A DNA stretch of 64,000 bases from Orbicella franksi (taxonomy: Eukaryota), in the NCBI GenBank assembly GCA_964199315.1, contig OZ116699.1, positions 28,458,001 to 28,522,000 of the forward strand, given 5' to 3'. A program made the translations under genes and the position numbers. Under the pieces are notes generated by a model that was not told where the DNA came from, did no database searches, and was given only the letters and a program-made list of their open reading frames with translations. Shown piece after piece: positions 39,833-50,918 of this stretch (position 1 is its first letter; every line of letters starts with the position of its first letter).

Positions 39833-41177
39833 CAGTCAGTCATTCATTCAGTCAGTCAGTCAGTCAACCGATTGATCCTGCCAACAAATCTTCCTTACTA
39901 GAGTAGCGATTGGGGAAATGTATTTCCAACAAATAAGGAAAAAGATATTTGGGCGCTTGCCGATCATCTTTTCGATCATGTCACCAAGTGTCTGTGTGCC
40001 TGAAACGACAAATGTACAAAAAGATTACAGTGTACGAATATTTACCAGGTGCGAGTGGCTGTAAATGCAGATACAAATAAACACAACATGAATGCAAAAG
40101 CGATTCATTCATTTAAGTGAACGTTGCGTTACGATGCTGTTGTGTTACGTGTTTTATCCTCAAGTTAGCTGTTTGAATACACTGACAAACAGACAGCTGA
40201 CGAAAATGAAAAAATAACAACATAAAAGCAATCACCACAAGGGACGTTGTCTTTATATACCAACCTAAAAATAAAAAAATGTCGAAACTCGAAAGGAACT
40301 GTGTTGTACTGATCAGTTATCCGGCGTAATCAGATACATGAACTCACCAACTCCCCAGCCAATGACCGCTGCTTCACAAAATCCAATGAAAAGAAGCGAG
40401 ATACCTCCTGACTGAATGTCGAATAGGTTGAAGACGTACATGCCACCCTAGTACAAAGAAACAAACATAAAACATAGAACGCCAAGCAGTAGAAGTCCGC
40501 AATGTTGAGAACGACATCATGTGTATTTATACAATAGACATTCACTAGTCACCAGCTTAATGTGCAGCAATTTTACGAGATGGTTTCCTTCCAGTCTGTT
40601 TTGTTTATTTCTCTCGAAAATCAGAAAGAGAGAGATGGTGTTGGAGTTTTACAGGGAAAGACAGGGAAATTGTGTGACGAGATCTCGTCCACACGGCTGC
40701 CCTTTCTGCGTTAATTCGCATTCACTGGAATAAACACTCTCTGGGTCCTAATAGAAATCCCAGGTGTAAGCAGCTTATACTTAAACCTTTAAGCTACGAT
40801 TGGTTAGCGTAAATGCTGATCTATTCCTACCTGAGAACACATGGGGATAGCGAGGAGAAACAATAAAATGCAGATAAGGATAAGAAAAAACGGCTTGTAT
40901 TTTCGTAGGTATTTGGGGTATTCATCTGAAAGACCTGTAACGACACACTCCACCATAGCGAACTATAAATAGACAAAAAAATTATGTGCATAATTAATTA
41001 AAACAACTATTAATTGATTAATCAATCAATCAATCAATTAGACAGTCAGTTAGTCAGTCAGTCGGTCAGACAGTCGATCAATCAATCAATCAATCAATCA
41101 ATCAAACAATTAACCAATCAGTCGAGCAAGCAAGCAAGCAAGCAGTCAGTCAGTCAGTCAGTCACTCACTCACTTAC

Positions 41178-41215
<38 letters not shown>

Positions 41216-44200
41216 TTTGTCAACAAATCTTCATCTTCATTATGATCATAATATACATTTATAGTGATCGCTTTTACCTGGCTGTCCAAACCAAGAGTCA
41301 GGAGCATAAAAAAGAACAAGATAGCCCACAAGGTGCTGATAGGCATTTGTGCAATGGCTTCTGGGTAACCCACGAAGGCAAGGCCAGGACCTAATACAAA
41401 TTAGAAAAGAATGGTTCAGCCAGTTATTAAATTAAGGGAAGACGATAAAATACTTTGTAAAAGTAAAAATAGTAGAGATTATTCTTCTTTTTTTGGTTTA
41501 ATATCTATGGGAGTATTCTGCCTTGAAAATTACTAACACTGCAGTTGTCAAATTAGGGAGCTCACCTGATGTAACCACCTCTCCGACGTTAACGTTAAGT
41601 GTCTTGGCCATAAATCCTAAAACACTGAATACAACAAATCCCGCGAAGAAACTTGTACCACAGTTTATGCAGCTCACTATGATGGCGTCTCTGTTGATGA
41701 AAGAAAGTAAATTGCAGATCTGTCTTCTCTAAAGTATAGTGGGGTTGCACGTGTAATAAGGCTACAAGATGCCTGGTAATCAAACAATTAAGCCATGAAC
41801 GGTGTTTGCGTTTCTGGGCCTACCTTACAGTCAATACTCTATCATTGTACAGCAAGATGAAGGTCTTGGAAATGACGATGCTCTATCGAGAACAGGTGCC
41901 TAACCCGTCCTGTCCTACCTTTGGCAATTGTTGTTGAACTTGTTATAACTTCCGAAGGTGATCAATGATCCAAAACCAACTCCAAGGGAGTAAAAGATCT
42001 GCGACGCAGCGCGAACCCAGACCTAAAATCAAACGCACGTTAGAATTGAATAGAAAATTAAAAGCCAGGCCAACAAAATTTAAGACTGAGACATGAATGA
42101 ATTTAACCAGTTTCCAATATTGAATAGGGAAACATTTATGCACCCGACACCGAAAAAGACGGTCATTATTAAACATTTTACAACCAAGTATATCTTATAA
42201 CGTCAAAACGGCAACACGCGTAGAAGCCAAACCTCTTAAAGAAAAACTCTCAAAAATCTTGATAGCTTTGTGCACTAAATTCGGTTGTTTTTCCGTGAGT
42301 TCCTTAGTAAGATTTAATCTTCTTTGATGAGATGTATCGTCTGATGAGACGTGTCGTCTGATCGAGTTTTTTGGTGGATTTCACGCCCTAGGAAGTTGTA
42401 ACTGAATCCCTGGCGGAGATCAAGGTTTCAGTTGCTCTGCGACAGAGGAACGTTCATGTAAAGAGCTTTGAAAAAGAGTCCTATAAACGTTGATTGTACC
42501 TGGGGATCCTTTAGTTTTTGGACATCTGGTTTAAGGTAAAATATCACTCCTTCTAATGAACCGTCCAGAGTGGCGCCACGGATCATTAGAATAAACAGAA
42601 CGACGTACGGAAAGGTAGCAGTGAAGTACACAACCTGAAAAACAAAGTAGCGCATCTGTAAATTCATGCGGTTATGATAATTTGGTAATAGCGGGCCATT
42701 TCCCAGTTACCTTGTGCCTCTGTTTCAGAACGAGTTCTCGTGCAAAATCTTTCATGCGAAAATAAACTTCTAGGCGGAAACATTTTCACGTGAATGAATG
42801 GTTTCGCATGAAGACTTGTTTTGACACAGGCAAAAGCCAATTCGGAAATGGCCTATTCTGTTACATAGAAAAGCGAATAAGACATCTAAAAGTAGTCAGC
42901 TAAGACAACAGACTCGATGGTAAGAGCCGAAAGAGACTGAAACGGGATGTACTGGCGAAAACACAGAGACAAACAAATGCTTGGAAAAAGTGTCTGAGCT
43001 GTAATAGCCTGCAAACGGGCTCCTGGCGAGCGTGAACGAAGCGAGGGAGGCTCCTCCGAGCGCCCCGCCCTGATCGCTTAGCTCTTCGAATTCTTCAGTT
43101 TCGCGCTCAACGGCTAGGTTCGCTCGCCAATTTTTTTTTTCCATCCTCACCGCGAGCCTGTTCGCAGGCTAGAGCTGTAGGTGTTACACTTACTTTTCCC
43201 GAAGAAGCCACTCCTTTTATGAGGCACAGGTACACTATAATCCAAGCGAGAATCAAACTAAGGACAATTTGCCAGCTGACATCGCCCATGTCAGATATAC
43301 TTTCAGATATTTGAAGTATGTGACGACTGGAAGAGAGGCAGATAGAATACAATCATTGAGTTGTAAAAAGCAGTCACTGTCGAAGTCATTAACTCGCCAG
43401 AAATATATCAAAGCTACCAATAAAGCTGGATTATTGATTAATACAGTAAGGAAAAGCAAGGAAAAGCAGAAAGAGTTGCTGAGAATGACATGACTAGAAA
43501 AAAAGGAGCACATACATGTATAACAACCAAAAACCACTTGGGAATTTTAAAGAAATAGAATCGTATGAAGTCTTGCATATTCTAGAGTACAGAGGCTATG
43601 CGAAGACAGCAAAGTGAAAGAAGAAAACAAAACAGATAACCCACACTGTAACAAGAAAGTGAACGGAGCGCGAAACAGAAACACAGAAAGACAGTGAGCA
43701 GATTAGTAATATTACTTACTTAAAAAACTCTTCCGAAGGGCTGGTACTCTTGCAATCGGCGGCATAGCCCAATGCGGCACAATCAAGTGACGATGCATTG
43801 ACTCGTATTTGTCTACAAAAGAAAGTAAAAGCACGATGAAAAATATACAGACGTGGTGTTTAGACACACAGTCAGACAGACTAACAGAGAGGCAGGCGGA
43901 CAGGGAGGCAAGCAGGTAGGCAGAGAGACAGACAAACAGACTAACGGACAAACAGACAGACAGTGATCATATCTGGGGGGGGGGGGGGGGGGCTCCCATA
44001 CGAAAAAGTCGGGGATGCTCGCATCCCGCCATTAAAAGTCCTGTCATCCCGCATCCTGCCTTCATTAATTTTTTACTCTCATCCCGCATCTCGCCAAACC
44101 TATGTTCTCGGGGCCCTCGAATGATTGAATGATAGGACAGTACTTACGCGCAAAGTTTAGTGTTCCAGTCATTGTCACATGTTTTCCATGGCACATCTTT

Positions 44201-47200
44201 TCTGAAGGACTCAAACATGTACAGAAGACACCAGGCGATAATCATATTGTAATAAATGGACACCAGTAGAGAAACTATGATCATACCAAATCCAATTCCT
44301 GAGATGACACAAAGAATAAAGAATTACCCTCCTCTCATGCAGCAAATAGACTGATTCGGCTGACGTGTTTACACACCCATGTTGCCACCAAATTTTGATT
44401 ACTTGATGATTCATTCGGGAGATTGCAATTTTGCAACTTGTTACACACAACTGATTGTATGGGAGTATCAGTATACAAAGAGAACAATTATAACCTCCCA
44501 AACGAATTGGAATTGTGAATTGGGTGTTAGCCGAATCTGTCTATTGCCATAACGTGACAGAAATGGAAATTCTAAACAGAATGTTGTTTGAAAACAAATT
44601 TAAAAAAGTCTTTGTTTCAACGAAAACCTGGCTACGAATCCTCCCACCGTCAGTTTGGAATCTTTGAGTCACATGGTTACCCCTCTCATTACATACATGT
44701 AACAAAGGAGCTGTACATAATTACTTTGTGGAGAACTTCAGCCGCTGGTGAATATCTTCTCAAAACGACCTTTGCATCTTTGAAAAATGATTAGCATGTT
44801 GCCAGCTACAACTTTTGCAAAGTTCTGTCATAAGATGATCATAACTAATTCACCAATAACTGAACGTTCGTTTGTTAACGTCTCTAGGATTGTATAGAGA
44901 ACACAGCCTGATTGGGGCAAGACCTAAATCAAATAAGAGCAGATTTTTTTAAACTTTATCAAAGTACAGTGCAATGTACAATGCATTTAAGGAAACTGGC
45001 AAGGTGATCAAAAATGTTTGCGGCGTTTGGGGCTGGAAGAATAGGTCTTAGAAGTAGGTACACATTAGTGCCGCAGCTTACCTCTTGCCAAGGGACAGAT
45101 GGCCGTCCAGGCTCCCACGGTTCCAAGACTAAGATATTGACCAATGGCAAGTTCCATGTAGAACAGAGGGATCCCGTTGATTGCAAGCATCACAAAATAG
45201 GGTATCAAGAACGTTGCTGTAAAAGTAAACCGATCTGATTAGTAACCTCAAACTCGTAACCAAACAAAATATAATTAGCAAATTGCTATTAACGACGGAT
45301 TGATTCAACATTTCCACAGTCCTTTCGAAAAACTATTTGTTTAGACATTTGTTACGCTAAATACGTTACGTATTATGCTTTATCACCTCAAACTGTGTCG
45401 TAAGGCCCCGTCCCCGTTCTCCCCGTCCGGAGAAAAACGGCGTTTTCACTCTGAAAGCGTATGACATTTTTCCGTCCACACTACGGCACAGAAATCTGAA
45501 AACGCAGCAATCACCGGTCATTTTGGATTTATATTTGAGGAAAACTCGGGAAGAGAAATCACATGATTATCGTGGCGTCATCATTTTCGAAAAGCTCCGT
45601 TTTCAAAATGCTTTCCGTCCCCGATGAAACGGAAGGCCATCATTTTCAAACTCCCTCGGTTTGAATAGCGTTTTCGAAAAGTTTTCGTGACCGATTAGTG
45701 TGGACGGTAGGTAGGCCTAACCGTAGGAATAAAGGTGCGTTTTCAAATTTCTCCGGGGTATTGTGGACGGGGTCTAAGACAGTTTCAATTATTATTTTGT
45801 CGCTTGAAAATGATGTCCTGGCGACATCGAAACATTGTGTTAAACTTTCTCGCTAATTTCTTATCTTTTAATGTTTTGCTAAATTTAATTCATTCATATA
45901 TCCAATGTGCGCGCAGCTACACATTGACGTTTGACATTTGAAACCCAAGAGTCACATTCCGAAAGAGGAAATAAAATTTCATGGTTTGCAAGCCCCGCCG
46001 AAAAAGCCTCCGAAGGTAGAGACCTGAGACGCCGAAAAGATTTTTAATAAAAACAAAAAAAGGAAAAAAACAATGGAAACAACAAATACAGGCACGACAT
46101 ACATTAGAAACTGTTATTCTGCGATATAGTTTCTTGAGTGATGCAACAGAAGTTACACAAAATCCGATTCCTTCCGGAAAGTTTATCATCTTGATATAGT
46201 CCATAGTATACGAATTTGTATTAATTTACTTGATTTGTTTAACGTAGCAATAAAACGCTACTGAAATTTAGTTTATGCTTACAACTCTTCACAATCGCAT
46301 TTTTGGTTTGTTATGTTGTTGTAAGGTAATTCATTATCGTATATCCGTGTCGTTATCACGATACGTGCCAAAATCGCTCTCAATCATTTGCGTCAAGTTT
46401 CAAATGCTTCTCATAACTTCGCTTTCGTCAGTCACAACAGTTTGATTTGTCGGACAATTAGCGAGCGGCGACCTCAGATGGTTACTCCCTGGAGTTACTG
46501 TCAGACGTTACGTCCATTCTTTCCAGGCTTCGGTCTCTGAAATAGAGCTTGTTCAAAACAACTACATGTACATGTAATTAAAATCGTATTCATTAGGGTC
46601 GTTTTCAAAACAACTAATCAAAATCGTACTCATTGGGATCTTTTTTACCCAACTGAGAAGGACCAGCCGGAAGAATTCCTGAAAACAAAACAGAAAAAAA
46701 GAAAAACTGTTTCCTCTGCAACGATCAATTCAACTATGTTTTTCTCAAGGCCCGCCAGTCAGGCCTGATACTGGCTGCCCTATGCCACCAAAATCATTTG
46801 TCGAAGCAAAATCAATTATTGGTCTCTTGGTTCTATTGGGGAGGAGGCAGGAGGGGTGTAAAGGAGCCGAGTGATAAAAACAATGGTGCCTAAACAGTCG
46901 GTCTTTGTCCCGCCTAGTCCTCCAGCCGAGCTTGCTGGTGCCGCACCGACTACACGCTCAAGGCTTGCCTCTCACTCCACCGACAAGACGTCTGCAAGTC
47001 ATCCGAATCAATTGGAACCTGCTCTATACCAGGTCTACAGCCAGCATTTCAGTTTAGTTCATACAGCTGTGAGCAAGGATCTAAATTACTACATCCGCTC
47101 TCACGGTTTTGACCGTATTTATATTAAAGCCGTGTTAATCCGAAAATCTTTTGTCCGAAAATCCGAAAATCTTATCTCTTGAGTGGACATTTCAATCTTA

Positions 47201-48419
47201 CATGTAACGAGGTGGATCTGTTATTTGCTGCCAATGAGTGATAAGAACGTGTACCGTATACACCTTTACCCTGAGAAATGTATCTGATCGCGTGACACTT
47301 TCTTTTTATGGCAGGAACGTTGAGGGATACGGCAAAATGAGAAAATAATTTCCAGAATTGATTCCGTCGAAATAAACAGAAAAGAAACATTACGTTGTAA
47401 CTGCTGGAGTCGCAAAGTTATCACGAATTCAGTCTCGGAGATTGAGGGATGCTATTGTCTTTTTAATCTGTTTTACAGGCTCCGCAATGTTTTGTCCTGG
47501 GCGTATTTTTTATCGCCGAAGCGTGTCGTGATTCGCCGCTGTTCGTTATATTTACAGCCACATTCAATCGCTTTTTTTCTTGGATCACACTTCTATTCTA
47601 ATTTGTGCTGATAACCCTGTGAACATCTTTCTGCTGACCACAACAGTTGCTAAGCGAAGCGATGGAACCAAAATGGGCGATAGCGCTTTTCCCTGTCGTG
47701 AACGTTTGCTTGAACGATAGAATCACAACAACGGGACCGTTTGTTTAAAGTTACGCATTTTCAACGACGCCCTACTGAATCTGTCGGGGCCATGAAGCGT
47801 GGCAGGATGCCGTTGTGTTTTCAATGACTGATCGCTAAAAATTGTCAATTACTTGACGATTTTCTTCCTGTTACTCAAACTACTTCCCGAGTGCATTTTG
47901 CATTCTGTCACGTACAAAACCATAAGGGTAACAAGTAAGTGCAGCTCAAAAGTATATTACGCATTGAGCCAGAAGGTTTAAGAACAAAGAACTTTCAGAT
48001 GAAAATACTCGTATTGTGACCGCATTTTGATGGATTTCGCCGCCACATTTAAGAATTATGTAATCTACCGGCGCATTTATTAATAAGTGAAATGACCGAC
48101 CCGAGTCACCCACAAGTCCAATTGCTCGGATTGCAGCTAACAACGCAGTTAGCCACTCGTTTTACGTACCTCCGCCGTTTTCATAACACAAGTATGGAAA
48201 CCTCCAAACATTGCCAAGACCAACTGCGTACCCGATGCACGAAAGCATGAAGTCCAGTTTCTTTCCCCACTTCTCCCGATCATCCTCAATAGCGACACCA
48301 TTCTCTTCTATCGTCATCGGCTCAACAAGGGCAGCGCGGCTGTCTTCTGGTCTTCCGTAGTCTCCGTTTGCTTTCTCGCCGTCTATAACGACGCCATTAT
48401 TGATGTCTTTCTCATTCAT
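38455..48419 (-). CDS. SLC6: SLC6/NSS transporter paralog D (14 coding exons, 611 aa)
   Basis: Exons: 48419-48170, 45216-45082, 44298-44148, 43812-43720, 43326-43194, 42634-42500, 42022-41919, 41690-41566, 41390-41278, 40962-40831, 40447-40348, 39999-39899, 39535-39365, 38547-38455 (ends ...RKKLVIK-TAA). Frame is continuous. Motifs: [41 protein letters not shown]. Confidence 0.95.
39640..39866. repeat. (CAGT)n/(CCGT)n compound microsatellite, intron 12 of paralog D
   Basis: Direct reading of the sequence. Confidence 0.9.
41015..41212. repeat. (CAAT)/(CAGT)/(CAAG)/(CACT) compound microsatellite, intron 9 of paralog D
   Basis: Direct reading of the sequence. Confidence 0.9.
42687..42857. mobile_element. 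MITE with AATAGGCCATTTCC-type TIRs (intron 5 of paralog D)
   Basis: aatagcgggccatttcccagtt ... aattcggaaatggcctatt. Confidence 0.65.
43005..43171. mobile_element. MITE with TAGCCTGC TIRs, 22 nt from the exon 5 donor of paralog D
   Basis: tagcctgcaaacgggctc ... gagcctgttcgcaggcta. Confidence 0.75.
44345..44545. mobile_element. MITE, AATAGACAGATTC-TIR family, intron 2 of paralog D
   Basis: aatagactgattcggctgac ... gttagccgaatctgtctatt. Shares the core gttacac.caactgattg.atgggagtat with the 23904 copy. Confidence 0.7.
45404..45774. mobile_element. PIF/Harbinger-like MITE, copy 2 (intron 1 of paralog D)
   Basis: TAA on both sides (45401-03, 45775-77). TIR GGCCCCGTCC / GGACGGGGTC. Confidence 0.8.
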
Positions 48420-50107
48420 TCTAGAAGCGATTGAAGATCGATCCTTTCGTGACCTCGATGGCTGTTTTTCCAGATGTGAAAAGCACCTCGCAAATCTGAG
48501 AAGTTAGATTCGTTACTAACCCCCTACTACCTCTTGAATAAGTGTGTATTTTGATCACGAGTTGAATCTCGCATTACGGAAAGTCACACAAATGAGGCAG
48601 TACGTATGCAAATTGTGGACATCTACCCGAGTGAACTGTCAATCAAACCTCTTCATTACTCAAAACAACGAATAATAAGTGTTTACTCGGGACAAAACAC
48701 TTGAGACACTCGAAACGGGCGCGAAAAATTCGCTTCAAAGCTGTGCAAAATAGAGAATTTGACGTTTCAAGTTGGAAGAAATTCGGTCCAGCTGAAACGC
48801 ATTCTATGCATTGTTTTTACAAGGCTTGGGATATGTACAAACATTGTCGGTTAATCACATGCTAAATGCAAATACCAAAGACTAAGAAGGAATCAATTTA
48901 TGTATTGAAGCGTATAATACTCGAAATAAAGCCTTCATGGTCTGGGCATGCGTTCGGCAAGGTGATTCAATAGGCTCCGCAGAAATGAATTTACTATTTT
49001 AGAATTGACCTTGGTATGCAAAGCGCCGGCAAGGCGCCAACATCAGCCTGTCATGGACCGTGAGTGCCCAGCAAAGACTGCCCACGCATTGTTTTTTTTG
49101 CTTTTGTAAACGTGAAGATCCAGGCTGAAGACATGAGTTTGGCAAAACTCTTTTGGGAACAATATAAGCAAATCTTATGCGACAAGGGTGCTTGCATAAC
49201 CTTGCACCATTAATACAGTTTGATATGCAGTTAAATCGAAACTTTGACTTCTTCACCGCTTGGCCGGGCTTTCACGGACGTTGCTCTGAACTCCAGTCGA
49301 TGCCTACGCGAAACCTCAAACGAGAAAACCTACTCGTGAGCTATAAAATTGCTCAAATCTCTAAAAAACACATGGAACATTTATTGAACCAAAATGAGGA
49401 ACTATTCTGTGAGGGTGCTTGACAACCAATCCGGAGAGTACTCAGTGCAGAGGTTTCCCTTCCCGTCACTTTCCTCCGGAAGCGAACCCAGCTTTCACAG
49501 TAAGGTCGAACGTGCGAGATTGTCCTGAGAGTCTAAGAACCCGTCAACACCAAAGCGTTTTCTAAATGATTCTTTTCCAATGATGCAGTTTCCTCCTGAA
49601 AACGCTTCAAAACCTTCCGGTCCACACTGTACTGTCTTCGCAGTGTTTTCCTTATCCTCAAAGAAAACAAACGTGTTATGCCGGTATGCCCGGTAAATAA
49701 CGTTAGCGTTACGAAAGCCTCTATTTTCGTTTTCCATACTTAGGGGTGGATCACTAGATTATTGATGGGGGTGGAGGTGGGGGTGGGTGAGCGTTGTTGC
49801 TTGTTGTTCGGCTTTCCTCCGTAACCATTCCGCTCTAAATATATAGTTTTTGTAATCTGAAGCGTCTGCTCCATGTATTTTTGGTATTTGTACAATCCCC
49901 CATCAATATAGTGGTCCACCTCCTCATACGATGATCTTCACCCCTCTCCAGTGTCCGTAATCTGGAGCGGAGTTTCAAATGCACACGTTCTCAAACCGAT
50001 GAGCGTTTTGGATAGTATAATCTACTTAAAAAGAACTTCTTATATTAAGTCGAACTAGCTATTCGGCCGTTGGTACCTTATGTGCCTTTCAGAACCCTCC
50101 TATTTAA

Positions 50108-50368
50108 ACAGCGTCCACACTACGCAGGAAAAATTTTAAAACGCAGCTTTATTTCTACGGTTTGGCTTTCCCGGCGTCCATACTTAGCCGTCACGAAAAC
50201 GGAGCTTTTCGAAAACGATGTTGTCACGATAGCTACGTGATTTCCCTGACCGAGTTTTCCTCAAACACAAATCCAAAATGACCAGTCATTTGTTGCGGAA
50301 AACGTTTGATGCGTTTTCAGAGCGAAACCTCCGTTTTCAAATTCCACCGGCTTTGTGTGGATGGGGCC
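50108..50368. mobile_element. PIF/Harbinger-like MITE, copy 3 (internally deleted)
   Basis: GCGTCCACACTACGC ... GTGTGGATGGGGCC|TTA. Lacks the segment between the two GAAAACGGAGCTTTT repeats present in copy 1. Confidence 0.7.
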
Positions 50369-50918
50369 TTACTAGCAGTTTTTGCTCATCAAGAAATACC
50401 CTGTAAATTCACTCTATTACAGTATACTAAAATTAGTGGCCTCGGCCTGTAAATCACCTGTCACATACAGGAATGATAGCCCGGCGTCGGGCTAGGATGG
50501 ACAATATATTTACAAGCTAGAAATTGTCAAGTTTTGCCAGTACCTTGAAAATGTGTTGACCTATAAGCCCATTCGCCAGGTCTCTGGAATATTATCTACT
50601 ATAACTACAAGTTTATTTACAGTCAAATATCACAATAATTTTCATACTCCGTAAAAAAGGGTTTAAGCTTGGTGTCTCGTGATCTCATTCATAAATCGGT
50701 TCCTCTCATAAATGAGTCCTCTCATTTTCTCTTGCTCCTTTCAACACTTTGTGAAATGAATAAATTAAATTAATTTTCGGCTTCAACAGCAAAGAAAAGT
50801 TTTAAGAGAACCTTGGTATTCATTGCTTTGTCGCATTTCTTTTTTCTTTTTAATTAAAATATTTCTTTTTGGCTGCCATCATGTCACGTTGGTTCTCGAA
50901 GTATGACGACGACAATCT

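Noticed and set aside
23904-44545. Sequence shared between introns of paralogs C and D as a conserved regulatory element
   Set aside because: The copies lie in non-equivalent introns (3 versus 2) and have TIRs, so they are independent MITE insertions.
994-48419. Assignment of the paralogs as dopamine, serotonin or noradrenaline transporters
   Set aside because: All four lack the TM1 Asp required in monoamine transporters; they have Gly.
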